IMG/VR virus record: IMGVR_UViG_3300050120_000074
Span: 1 to 64,000 of that record
Direction: 5' to 3' (one strand)
Source of the DNA: a virus
DNA: 64,000 bases
The position numbers were made by a program, and so were the translations under genes. Below are positions 46,066-54,360 of the stretch, piece after piece. How positions within the stretch are numbered: position 1 is the stretch's first letter; every line of letters begins with the position of its first letter. Under the pieces are notes generated by a model. The model was not told the origin of the DNA. It searched no databases and saw only the letters and a list, made by a program, of their open reading frames with translations.

Positions 46066-47589
46066 TTATGCAAGCTCAACACCTGCCAGGGCGTCCGCGA
46101 TACGCCCTACTGCCTCTCCGACCTCGCTGTCACCCGGTATCGAATCGCACTGGATATAGCTGACATTCTCAAGAAAAGCCATGCAAACAGTATCGAAAAG
46201 GTCGGGGGAAGGTATGCCGTCTTTCGCCATGTCATCTTTCCCAGCAATCCTCCATCGGCCATGATCGTCCATGCCGAACGGTATCCGGCTGCCCTGATCC
46301 AGCAGGTCAGCCTGATACTGGTCTGTCAGAGTAACGCGACCATCCTCAATGGCCTCTTTGGCGTGGATCGCGCACTGTGCCCGCTTATTGAAGAAACGAT
46401 CCTTGTAGCGCTTCGAAAAGTTTTTGGTGCCCCAGTAGGCTTTGATGACGTGCTCGACACCGAACTCTTCAAGGCGCTTGGCGAACTGCACGCCCATGCC
46501 GTGGGCATCGACAACTACGGTGCAGTTGGACAGCCTGGCGACATAGTCGGCGATGATGCGCGCCGAGGGGGTCCAGTCCAGGCCGTTTGTGAATAGTGGG
46601 ATACCGACCGCGTCCATACGCCGGGGATCTGGTTCCATCCGGTCGCCCGTACCGATAACCTTGCAGTGGAAGGCTACGGTTTTGTCTCGGTGTGCGGCTG
46701 CCGCGACGTCCACGACTACGAGATGGCCGTAGAACTCCCCCGCCTTGATCACCGCAGGCGCGCCGATGCACTTCTCGATAGTGCTGCGCCCGAGCATGTA
46801 CTTATCGCTGTTCGTGGGGAAGATACCCAGAACCTTGACCTGGTATTCTGCCGAGTCCTTGCCGCCGTACTCCAGGCGCTTGTCGAGGATGAATTGCACC
46901 GAGACGATAGGCGACATCTCAGAGTTGAACGTCAGCGCGTTCCACCGGCCTTTGTTGCGCGTCGAAAACTTGTGGTGCGTCTCGTAGAAGAATCCGCTCG
47001 GGCGCGTTGGCTGGCTGGCTATGGCAAATCGGTTGCGGTGGTCAGACAGCGCACCTGTGATCACGTTGAAGTTGGCAGTCGGGATGCCTGATGCCTCATC
47101 TGCGAGCCACAGCAGGTACTGGTTGTGCGTACCGGCCAGGGCCTCCGGGCGACCCTGAGGCGCCGTGCGGCATGATACGAACCACTGCGACTTATAACCC
47201 TTGATGTAGACCTTCTCGGCCTCGATCACGATGTAATCGAAGATCCAAGCGTGCGGGCCTTTGAGAATGCCATCCTTGCGGTTACCGATCTCTTGCCACA
47301 CACCTTCCTGAAGGGTCTTCAGCTTCGGCGCCGTCAGGTAGGTGTTGGACTTGGCGTAGCAGGTCAAGTGCCAAAGGCAGAGCACACCGAAGCTGGCAGT
47401 TTTTCCCGTCCCGTGACCAGACGACACCGATGTACGCGAACCGAAGGGAGATACGCTATTCAGGAGGTCGCGCTGCTGCCAGGTCGGCTCCATCGAGCAG
47501 ACTTCGATGGCGAACCGATAGGCGTTGAAGGCATAGCGCTCGACGAAAGCAGGCCAGCGCGGATCACTCATAAGCGATAGAGCGGCCAA
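46066..47589 (-). CDS. terL: Terminase large subunit
   Basis: Walker A SSGHGTGKT, Walker B LLWLADEASG, C-terminal nuclease-like region with VVVDVAAA...DAHGMG. Confidence 0.9.
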   Translation of the reverse strand: MAALSLMSDPRWPAFVERYAFNAYRFAIEVCSMEPTWQQRDLLNSVSPFGSRTSVSSGHGTGKTASFGVLCLWHLTCYAKSNTYLTAPKLKTLQEGVWQEIGNRKDGILKGPHAWIFDYIVIEAEKVYIKGYKSQWFVSCRTAPQGRPEALAGTHNQYLLWLADEASGIPTANFNVITGALSDHRNRFAIASQPTRPSGFFYETHHKFSTRNKGRWNALTFNSEMSPIVSVQFILDKRLEYGGKDSAEYQVKVLGIFPTNSDKYMLGRSTIEKCIGAPAVIKAGEFYGHLVVVDVAAAAHRDKTVAFHCKVIGTGDRMEPDPRRMDAVGIPLFTNGLDWTPSARIIADYVARLSNCTVVVDAHGMGVQFAKRLEEFGVEHVIKAYWGTKNFSKRYKDRFFNKRAQCAIHAKEAIEDGRVTLTDQYQADLLDQGSRIPFGMDDHGRWRIAGKDDMAKDGIPSPDLFDTVCMAFLENVSYIQCDSIPGDSEVGEAVGRIADALAGVELA

Positions 47590-47719
47590 TTACCTCAACC
47601 CCGCCGACTCTGTCGATTCGTTACTGCATTCAAATTGCGCTGCCATGCGTGTGCCCTACTATGAACCATTAGGGCAAGTTACAGCTCGGCCAAGCCCCTC
47701 TCGCAAAGGGCTTTCCGAT

Positions 47720-48076
47720 TCAGGCAGTAGCAGCGTTTCGCTCAGCGATGAGTGCGCGCAAGGAGTGGATCTTGCGGCGAGAGATGACCAGCGGCTCCGC
47801 TACTCCCTGCACGTCAACCTCATAGGTATTGGATACCGCGACGTGCCGGACAGCGATCAGCAATGAGGATCGAACCAGGTACGAGCGATGCACGACGATA
47901 AAGTCCGGCGCGAATTCCACCTCAAGATCCTTGAGCCTCCCGCGCATGATCAGTTCACCGCCAGGCCAGTTCACCGAAACATACTTGTGGTCAGCCATGA
48001 AGTGCGTGACGTCGCAAGCGTCCACGGACTTGGTGATCTTGTTCCCCGTATTCTGATGCAGCGTTGCGCGCTTCAT
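47720..48076 (-). CDS. LytTR-domain-only DNA-binding protein (candidate late-gene regulator)
   Basis: VTHFMADHKYVSVNWPGGELIMRGRLKDLEVEFAPDFIVVHRSYLVR...PLVISRRK matches the LytTR pattern (..HRSy.VN..., ..vSRr). Confidence 0.75.
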   Translation of the reverse strand: MKRATLHQNTGNKITKSVDACDVTHFMADHKYVSVNWPGGELIMRGRLKDLEVEFAPDFIVVHRSYLVRSSLLIAVRHVAVSNTYEVDVQGVAEPLVISRRKIHSLRALIAERNAATA

Positions 48077-48861
48077 GGCTTGACACCATTCAGATGCGAG
48101 ATCTCGGACAGGATCGATTCTGCCAAAGCACCGGCTCCGAGAGAATTAGAGCCATCGACCTTACGGATGATTTGCGCCAGGACATCTACATCAGGGAGTC
48201 CCGACGATACTGGCTGATCATCATCAAGTGCCAGCAAGCGGCTCTTCTCTTCAGGCGCCATCCCCGTGACAACGGAGGTTATCTCAATAGCCTTCGACCA
48301 TGGCACCCGGCGACAGTGCGCGACTACCCAAGAGTCGATCAGCTTTGACGCAAGAATCTCAGCGGGCACAGCCTGCTCTTCCCGAGGATCGCGCAAGAAT
48401 GCACACACATCGGACACCCACTCGTTACGCATGTACTCGGGCGGCATCCAGGCCGACTCATCTGCCGCCTTTTTGATCGCCTTCCAATCAACATCGTCAA
48501 GGTCGCTAACCAGCGCGGGCTGCTCGGCGTAGAGCGGTTCGACTGTGAGTGCCGAGTAGTATTCCAGCTCGTTAGCCCTGAATGTTCCGTTCGCAGCTAG
48601 CGCCTTTCGCTCAAGAAGTACGGCGCCATGAGCTAGCGTTGTCGGCTCCCAGGGCTTTTCGCTCTCCCACGCTGCATGACCTTCCTTGTAGCGATACGCC
48701 ATCGGATCGCCCTGGGGCTGGGCTTTCGCGAGCGCAGAAAATGCGTCTGCCGCTTCAATGATCAGCGTTTTGAAACGTTCCGACATTGGATTGACATGAT
48801 GTCGGTTCTTCAAATATTCGCGCAGGCGAGTTGCTATCGTTTTCATATCATTGCTGGTCAT
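48073..48861 (-). CDS. Hypothetical early protein
   Basis: ORF coupled to neighbours. Start at MTSNDMK, 2 nt after the upstream stop. Confidence 0.45.
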   Translation of the reverse strand: MTSNDMKTIATRLREYLKNRHHVNPMSERFKTLIIEAADAFSALAKAQPQGDPMAYRYKEGHAAWESEKPWEPTTLAHGAVLLERKALAANGTFRANELEYYSALTVEPLYAEQPALVSDLDDVDWKAIKKAADESAWMPPEYMRNEWVSDVCAFLRDPREEQAVPAEILASKLIDSWVVAHCRRVPWSKAIEITSVVTGMAPEEKSRLLALDDDQPVSSGLPDVDVLAQIIRKVDGSNSLGAGALAESILSEISHLNGVKP

Positions 48862-48863
48862 AG

Positions 48864-49508
48864 TCAAACATCCCGCCCGGTGGTTTTGGCGTACTGCCGA
48901 GCCGAGTACATTTCTGATTCGGTTGCCTTTCGACTGGATACCCATTGGCCGTCAGGATGACGTTTGAACGTCCAACCGAAGTGGCCGTTTTCAGGGTCGA
49001 TCATGATAGCGTATTCACTGCCAGCAGCCTCGATCATGCCCTTGATGTGTTGCCGCTCAATCTGAGACTGGGCGCCGACGTGCTCCAGAAGCATGGCCAT
49101 TTCTCCCTGCCATGCCGCCAAGCGATCATCTCCTGAGCCCTTCAGCATCCGCTCCAGGAAACTCACTGCGGTATGCTCGCCCTGTGGCTTGGCGGCTGAC
49201 GCGTATTCGGCAGGAAGGGACAGGAGCTGCAACGGTGAAAGAAGCCGGTCATTCAGCGCCCGTGCCAAGTCATGGCATTGAAGGCTGGTAAGCACTGGCT
49301 TTCCGCGAACATCGTCAAGCGCATTAACGATGTGCGCCATTTCAATTTTCTTGAATTCTGCTCGCGGCGCAGGCGCATCCAGCAGGGCGCGCAGTTTCCT
49401 AACCCACAACTGCACTTTACCGCTGGCCGATCCTTCCATGTAGCTGGCGCAGTTCTCCAGCAGCTCACGCGATACCAGCACGCCATCAATCGTTTGGTTG
49501 TTGGTCAT
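48864..49508 (-). CDS. Hypothetical early protein
   Basis: 214-aa ORF. Confidence 0.45.
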   Translation of the reverse strand: MTNNQTIDGVLVSRELLENCASYMEGSASGKVQLWVRKLRALLDAPAPRAEFKKIEMAHIVNALDDVRGKPVLTSLQCHDLARALNDRLLSPLQLLSLPAEYASAAKPQGEHTAVSFLERMLKGSGDDRLAAWQGEMAMLLEHVGAQSQIERQHIKGMIEAAGSEYAIMIDPENGHFGWTFKRHPDGQWVSSRKATESEMYSARQYAKTTGRDV

Positions 49509-49510
49509 GG

Positions 49511-49807
49511 CTATTCCGTCCCATTGAGATAGGTTGGCTCTGTTGCTTCTGCCAGCCAGTCACGAAGGCATCCGACTTCAGGGTGCGGCGGGTCTTCGTC
49601 AACCCACTGCATATCGAGCGTTTTATCGCTGGTTAGCTCGACATCCCAATCTTCGTAGCTGGAAACGTCATCCCCGTTCATTTCGGCAAGGATTCGACGC
49701 GCCTCGTCCTCACTCGTGGCAGCAACGTAATCATGGTCCCCAACGCTGTAGCAGCGAAGAGCTGGGCGCGCTGGAGTTGATCCGTCAAGTTTGAATTCTT
49801 CACTCAT
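49511..49807 (-). CDS. Small acidic hypothetical protein
   Basis: 98-aa ORF. Confidence 0.45.
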   Translation of the reverse strand: MSEEFKLDGSTPARPALRCYSVGDHDYVAATSEDEARRILAEMNGDDVSSYEDWDVELTSDKTLDMQWVDEDPPHPEVGCLRDWLAEATEPTYLNGTE

Positions 49808-49830
49808 AAATCACCTGATCAAATCAGTTG

Positions 49831-49854
49831 TGCCAGTGCCAGCAGGCACTGGCA
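49831..49854. other. Perfect 10-bp stem hairpin TGCCAGTGCC-agca-GGCACTGGCA
   Basis: Read directly in the 67-nt gap between the DUF1643 gene and the next gene. No adjacent T-run. Confidence 0.5.
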
Positions 49855-49874
49855 GTAGGCGGGGAGTTGGGCTT

Positions 49875-50396
49875 TCACACGCTAACCAGAGGGATTAGCG
49901 GTGTCGTGTACGGCAGGAACAGTGGATGTTTCGGATCACCCCCATCGGTCGTGCCGAAGTGCAGCACCGGTTTGCCGCTTCGGTGCAGCCACGCGAGCAG
50001 CAGGTCGAGCTGTTCACGCAGGTGCTTTGGCACTTTGTCGCGACCACCCCAGCAAGGCACCAGCACGTCGGCCTCGGCGATGATCTGATCCAAGTGCATG
50101 AAGTGCTGCGGACCTTGAGGGAACGGCACTTTGCCAACCAGTTTCACGTCGGTGGCGCGGTAGCTGAACACGTTTCCGACAATGAAATGGTCACCGCCGT
50201 TGCGCTCAGTGAATCCGCGCCATTTTCGAACGGTGGCGTCGTCAAGATCAGCGTCAGCTGTAGAGGGATTGATTCCGAAGTAAGCGAAAGTCGGCGCCTT
50301 CAAGACCTCTGCCGGAGCCAGCCTTAACATAGGCTCGCATTCTCGGTCCAAGCGATACCGGTATTGGCCGCACGGGCTGATCACTGCGCTATTCAT
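49875..50396 (-). CDS. DUF1643-family protein
   Basis: AVISPCGQYRYRLDRE...FGINPSTADADLDDATVRKWRGF...GNVFSYRATD matches the DUF1643 pattern as I recall it. Confidence 0.65.
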   Translation of the reverse strand: MNSAVISPCGQYRYRLDRECEPMLRLAPAEVLKAPTFAYFGINPSTADADLDDATVRKWRGFTERNGGDHFIVGNVFSYRATDVKLVGKVPFPQGPQHFMHLDQIIAEADVLVPCWGGRDKVPKHLREQLDLLLAWLHRSGKPVLHFGTTDGGDPKHPLFLPYTTPLIPLVSV

Positions 50397-51264
50397 GACC
50401 ATCTCCACCCTTGTCTGCCTGACCATAATTCATCAGCCATGAGTTGCGCCCGTCATGATGCTCTGGAAGCTGACGGATCAGCCCTTCCGCCCAGCGCACC
50501 CGGTCATGACCTGATTGCAGCTCGGCTGGGGTCAGGGCGATGTATCCGCCAGCCAGGGCATCGACGACAGCCTTAACGACCAGCACGCCAGCATCGCCAG
50601 TCGGATCGCCTGAGAACGCTTCCAGGGCCTCGTGAACGGCAGGAAGGTCAGCAACCTGCTCGCACCCATCCCAGTCTTTTACGCAGTCTCGGGCAGATTC
50701 TGCGGCGAGCAGTTCTTCCAGGCGAGTGTCGATGCAGGTCAGGCAGACATACCCATCCATGCCGTCAACGCGCAACGGCGTGTGCTTGTACTTGCCGCAC
50801 CCGGCGCAGTTGGTAGCCTGGGTCGAACTGTAGGTGAATGGCTTGCCCATCTTATCGGTGGTCAGCTTCTTGCTCAGCAGTTCGCGTAGCTGGGCAGCTG
50901 GGATCACCACCGGGCACGTCAGGCTCTCCAGAAAGTCTTCACCGTCATGCTGCCAGTGCCACACGGTGCTGTTTTCGTACAGGCATATCTGATTGAGTTC
51001 CGCCCGCAGCAAGGCGATGTCTCGCTCTTGCCGCTTGCTGTGTTCCACCAGCGTGTCGAACTTGAACTTCGCTACCGTGTCAATGTGCTGACCGTGCGGC
51101 TGCATGGTCGCGATGAACTCGGACAGCGCGCAAGCGAAGTCGGCGGCCAGGCGCTCCTTGATGTAGGTGCGGAAGTCATGGCGCTTTAGCTGCGTCTCGA
51201 ACAGGTGGGCGATGTACCCGCGACCGCCCTCGGAGGTCCGAAGATCAAACTTCTTGTCAGTCAT
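50389..51264 (-). CDS. Hypothetical protein with CxxC...CxxC element and an Ea22-like C-terminal motif
   Basis: NCAGCGKYKHTPLRVDGMDGYVCLTC. C-terminus RVRWAEGLIRQLPEHHDGRNSWLMNYG resembles ead/Ea22-like tails (recollection). Confidence 0.45.
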   Translation of the reverse strand: MTDKKFDLRTSEGGRGYIAHLFETQLKRHDFRTYIKERLAADFACALSEFIATMQPHGQHIDTVAKFKFDTLVEHSKRQERDIALLRAELNQICLYENSTVWHWQHDGEDFLESLTCPVVIPAAQLRELLSKKLTTDKMGKPFTYSSTQATNCAGCGKYKHTPLRVDGMDGYVCLTCIDTRLEELLAAESARDCVKDWDGCEQVADLPAVHEALEAFSGDPTGDAGVLVVKAVVDALAGGYIALTPAELQSGHDRVRWAEGLIRQLPEHHDGRNSWLMNYGQADKGGDGHE

Positions 51265-51472
51265 GCTTGCGGTCCTCATTGGCCCGGTTACGCTCTGCGC
51301 GGCGGGCTCGCTTTTCTTGAGCAGCTGTGATAGCTGCGGTTTGTGCCTGTTCGCTTGGAGATGAAACATGCTTTCGCTTGGCTTTCTTGGCTGGACCGAA
51401 TTTATCGAGGCTGCTAAAGCCGACCATGCTGCCGAGCGCGGCCAGCACCCCCCAGATACCAGACTTACGCAT
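51257..51472 (-). CDS. Small TM protein with basic tail
   Basis: MRKSGIWGVLAALGSMVGFSSL, then a K/R-rich tail. Confidence 0.35.
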   Translation of the reverse strand: MRKSGIWGVLAALGSMVGFSSLDKFGPAKKAKRKHVSSPSEQAQTAAITAAQEKRARRAERNRANEDRKHD

Positions 51473-52466
51473 GCTCAGATTCCTCCTCGGCATTGCGCGC
51501 GCGCCACTCCGCTGCGGCCTTCTTTGAGGCCTTGTCGGCCTGATCCTGGCGTACGCGGTCGATCTCGTCCTGAAGGGCCAGCAGGCGGTTCAGGCTACGG
51601 ATGTCGATGGTCACCTGGACGTTGTCGTCGCCATCGCGGAAGGACTGGACGGCCTGCTTGGTTTCAGGCGGAAGGCTGTCGCGCAATTGCATTGCCACGG
51701 TGCTCAGATCGTCAGCCAGGGCACGAGGGATCGGACGCCCCTGAACCGTGGCCTTGGTAGCGGCCTTCTTGCCCTGACTCTTGGCCGTGGCTACCGCAGT
51801 CTTGATCACGGCGCTGGCATCATCACCATGAGCGCGGATCAGATCATCGGCGAGACCGGCAGCGATGTCGCCATTGAGGACGGCTTCTTTCACGTCTTCC
51901 GGGGCGTCTGCCACCTTGAGCAACTGCTCGACGTACTGGCGCTTGAAGTTGGTCAGAACGGCGATCTGAGTGGTGGTCAGCGGCTTGCCGTCGATGAAAT
52001 ATTGAGGATCATCGCGCAGGTCTTTGAAGTCAGCCGCACGCTCATAGGGGGTCTTGTGCAGCTGCGAGTCCGAATTGATTGTGTATGCCTTGGCCTCGGC
52101 CAGGGTTCCCGTAAATGGCTCGATGCCGATCCATTCGACCGGGGCGCCTTCCTCGGCAGCCAGATCGTACGAGTTCAGGCGGCAATGACCATCGCACGCC
52201 CACACACCACCATCCTCGCGCACCATCACGTACAGCTTGGGGATGCGCGTCTCTTTGGCGCCGCTCTCCACTTCCGCTTTGATGGTATCGGCCATGCTGC
52301 GGATATGATCGGTCAGCTCTTGCCGTGGGAAACGACGATTGAAGTCTCCCCGGACATGGATGTTCTTGCGGCGGATAAACAGACCCGAGTCGGTGCGCTT
52401 GATAGTGGGCTCGACGCCGGTCTTCGAGTCGCCGTCGCGGGTCATATCGCGGAATGATTTGGCCAT
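51465..52466 (-). CDS. ParB/sulfiredoxin-fold (ParB-like nuclease domain) protein
   Basis: LYVMVREDGGVWACDGHCRLNSYDLA fits the ParB N-domain core (v..dG.y.l.dGhhRl.a). Confidence 0.55.
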   Translation of the reverse strand: MAKSFRDMTRDGDSKTGVEPTIKRTDSGLFIRRKNIHVRGDFNRRFPRQELTDHIRSMADTIKAEVESGAKETRIPKLYVMVREDGGVWACDGHCRLNSYDLAAEEGAPVEWIGIEPFTGTLAEAKAYTINSDSQLHKTPYERAADFKDLRDDPQYFIDGKPLTTTQIAVLTNFKRQYVEQLLKVADAPEDVKEAVLNGDIAAGLADDLIRAHGDDASAVIKTAVATAKSQGKKAATKATVQGRPIPRALADDLSTVAMQLRDSLPPETKQAVQSFRDGDDNVQVTIDIRSLNRLLALQDEIDRVRQDQADKASKKAAAEWRARNAEEESEHA

Positions 52467-52496
52467 GCTGGTGATCCTTTGGTTCTGAGATTGGAT

Positions 52497-52703
52497 TTAG
52501 TGCAGCTTGTTCTGTGGCAGGGCGTCGAAGGCCAGTGCGGCGCGGGCACCCAACTCAGCCAGAATGTTGCGCATGGTGTCGAATGCCCCGGTGTTGATGG
52601 CGAACCGCTGAGCGAGAACAAGCTCGTTCACAGTGGCATCGCACATCGGCTTGATGACGAGGATCGAACCGTTTGACGGGTAGTAGATCTGGGTGATCGC
52701 CAT
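52497..52703 (-). CDS. Small hypothetical protein
   Basis: 68-aa ORF. Confidence 0.35.
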   Translation of the reverse strand: MAITQIYYPSNGSILVIKPMCDATVNELVLAQRFAINTGAFDTMRNILAELGARAALAFDALPQNKLH

Positions 52704-52770
52704 GCTGACTTTCTCCTGCTGGTGGTACGTCCAAAGCCCCAGTTAAGGGGCTTGTGGTGGGCGGGGTTGG

Positions 52771-53019
52771 TTAGGCGGTCAGCAGCACGCGGCAGTCACC
52801 GCCCTGCAAGTGGATCGAATGGATTTCATCGGAGAGTTGTTCGACAGCCCCCTCGTCACCCGAATTACCGCACTTGACTACCATTTCGAACATTTCGTGA
52901 TCCGCCGGGAAATCGGTTGCGTAGTTGGATACCAAGCCAATGCGAACGCCGCCATGGTCGAGCATCGCTACAAAGTAGTCGACGCCCTTGAAAAGAAAGT
53001 TGGTGGTATGTGCGGTCAT
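52771..53019 (-). CDS. Small hypothetical protein (82 aa)
   Basis: GGAG 9 nt upstream of the ATG at 53019. First gene after the predicted promoter. Confidence 0.45.
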   Translation of the reverse strand: MTAHTTNFLFKGVDYFVAMLDHGGVRIGLVSNYATDFPADHEMFEMVVKCGNSGDEGAVEQLSDEIHSIHLQGGDCRVLLTA

Positions 53020-53053
53020 CTCGTCTTGCTCCGTTGTTCGTTTCGATGAGCCA

Positions 53054-53082
53054 AATCTACAGGCGTAGCAATTCAATTGCAA
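53054..53082 (-). promoter_or_regulatory. Near-consensus sigma70-type promoter TTGCAA-N17-TAGATT with overlapping palindrome
   Basis: On the minus strand: GCTTGCAATTGAATTGCTACGCCTGTAGATTTGG. The -35 lies within TGCAAcgcaatgcTTGCA. Confidence 0.5.
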
Positions 53083-53497
53083 GCATTGCGTTGCATATTT
53101 CTTATGTTTTTGTAATGCGGATTGTACGGTCGTTCAGGCGGGTCGTGCAGATCGCTTGTGGCGTACTGCACGATGTATGGCGGGGAGTGTATGGATGTTC
53201 TGACTATCGCCGCGCTGAGCGCCTCCTGGGGACCTGCTTGAACAGGTCTAGCTGCTCTTCGTGGGTTCCGACCGGATTCACATACGGCCTGTCTTCGAGA
53301 GGGTCGCGGGGTTTAAGCCAGTGGCTTGTGCTGGCCTTGGGTCTTTTTTCCATAGCTGTCTGCCATGCGTTGATTTGCTCTAAAGCCTATCGCGGGATGG
53401 CCCCGCGACGGCCATTTGTTTCCGGCATACCTGCGTCAGCCAGGTTATCGCTTCGGACCTTTGTAGACGAAAACATAGGTGAACCAGATGATGGCGA

Positions 53498-53890
53498 TCA
53501 TGCCATCACCAGTTCGTCAGGGACTTCGAAGAACTGAAGGCGCCCCTTAATAGGGGTGAACGGAAGCGGCTTGGGATCGCGCAGGACGAATCCTTTCTGC
53601 CCCATGTACCAGGGTGAGTCGCTGTGATCGAGGCTATCCACCAGCTCGACCGATCCGATGATTCCACCACGTTGCAGGTCGTGGAACATTGGGAAGGCCC
53701 GCATGACATCGATATCACCAATATGCAACACCAGATCCAGGGCATCGCAGTATTCCTGTCGAGTCATTCCCTTTGATGCATGCACCAGGAAGCGGCCACG
53801 GTGTTTCGTGTGCCATGTCCGGTTTTCAAGGTCCTTGCCGCCGTGGATGATGAGCCACGCCCAAGGCTGTTTGATTGACAGCGCCTTCAT
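53498..53890 (-). CDS. ASCH-domain protein
   Basis: MKALSIKQPWAWLIIHGGKDLENRTW is the ASCH N-terminal signature. Confidence 0.8.
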   Translation of the reverse strand: MKALSIKQPWAWLIIHGGKDLENRTWHTKHRGRFLVHASKGMTRQEYCDALDLVLHIGDIDVMRAFPMFHDLQRGGIIGSVELVDSLDHSDSPWYMGQKGFVLRDPKPLPFTPIKGRLQFFEVPDELVMA

Positions 53891-54348
53891 CACGCCATCT
53901 CCGCGCCGTTGTAGCCGGTGACGCTCGCTTGATCAACTTCTTGCACGACGGCAACGCTCTCCGCGAAGCTGCGAGTGCCGATGTGATCAGGATCGCCATT
54001 GGCCTGGCTCATATCGACGACAGGATCATGGCTGATCACCTGCTTGGGCAGATAGCGCACAGGCGCCATCAGAATGGCATAGATGTCGGCCTCGGTCGGC
54101 TTCGATCCGTCCTCTCGATACGGGATGACGCATCGAAATACGTTGCGTGTGAACGGCACGACACCGGCCTGGGCATCAGCCTTATCCAGGTACACGCCGA
54201 TATTCACCTCTACCTGATAGCCGTCAACGTGGCGAACCCACATCAGGCTATCGATCTGATGGAAGGTTGCCGTTACCGTCTTTTGCTCGATTCCGGTCCC
54301 GGAATACGGGGTACTGATCGCGATGATCTGATCTTGCTTCATGCCCAT
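53890..54348 (-). CDS. Hypothetical protein downstream of fibre-like genes
   Basis: 152-aa ORF. TGATG coupling to the ASCH gene. Confidence 0.45.
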   Translation of the reverse strand: MGMKQDQIIAISTPYSGTGIEQKTVTATFHQIDSLMWVRHVDGYQVEVNIGVYLDKADAQAGVVPFTRNVFRCVIPYREDGSKPTEADIYAILMAPVRYLPKQVISHDPVVDMSQANGDPDHIGTRSFAESVAVVQEVDQASVTGYNGAEMA

Positions 54349-54360
54349 GAGTGATTCCTC

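Noticed and set aside
47720-48076. The small gene upstream of terL as the small terminase subunit
   Set aside because: The sequence matches the LytTR DNA-binding domain pattern rather than any TerS family I recognise. It is kept as an alternative hypothesis in the findings.
53010-53537. 175-aa plus-strand ORF spanning the large intergenic region
   Set aside because: It has no RBS and an odd Cys/Arg/Ser-rich composition. It runs through predicted promoter and hairpin elements and into the ASCH gene antisense. I treated the region as non-coding instead.
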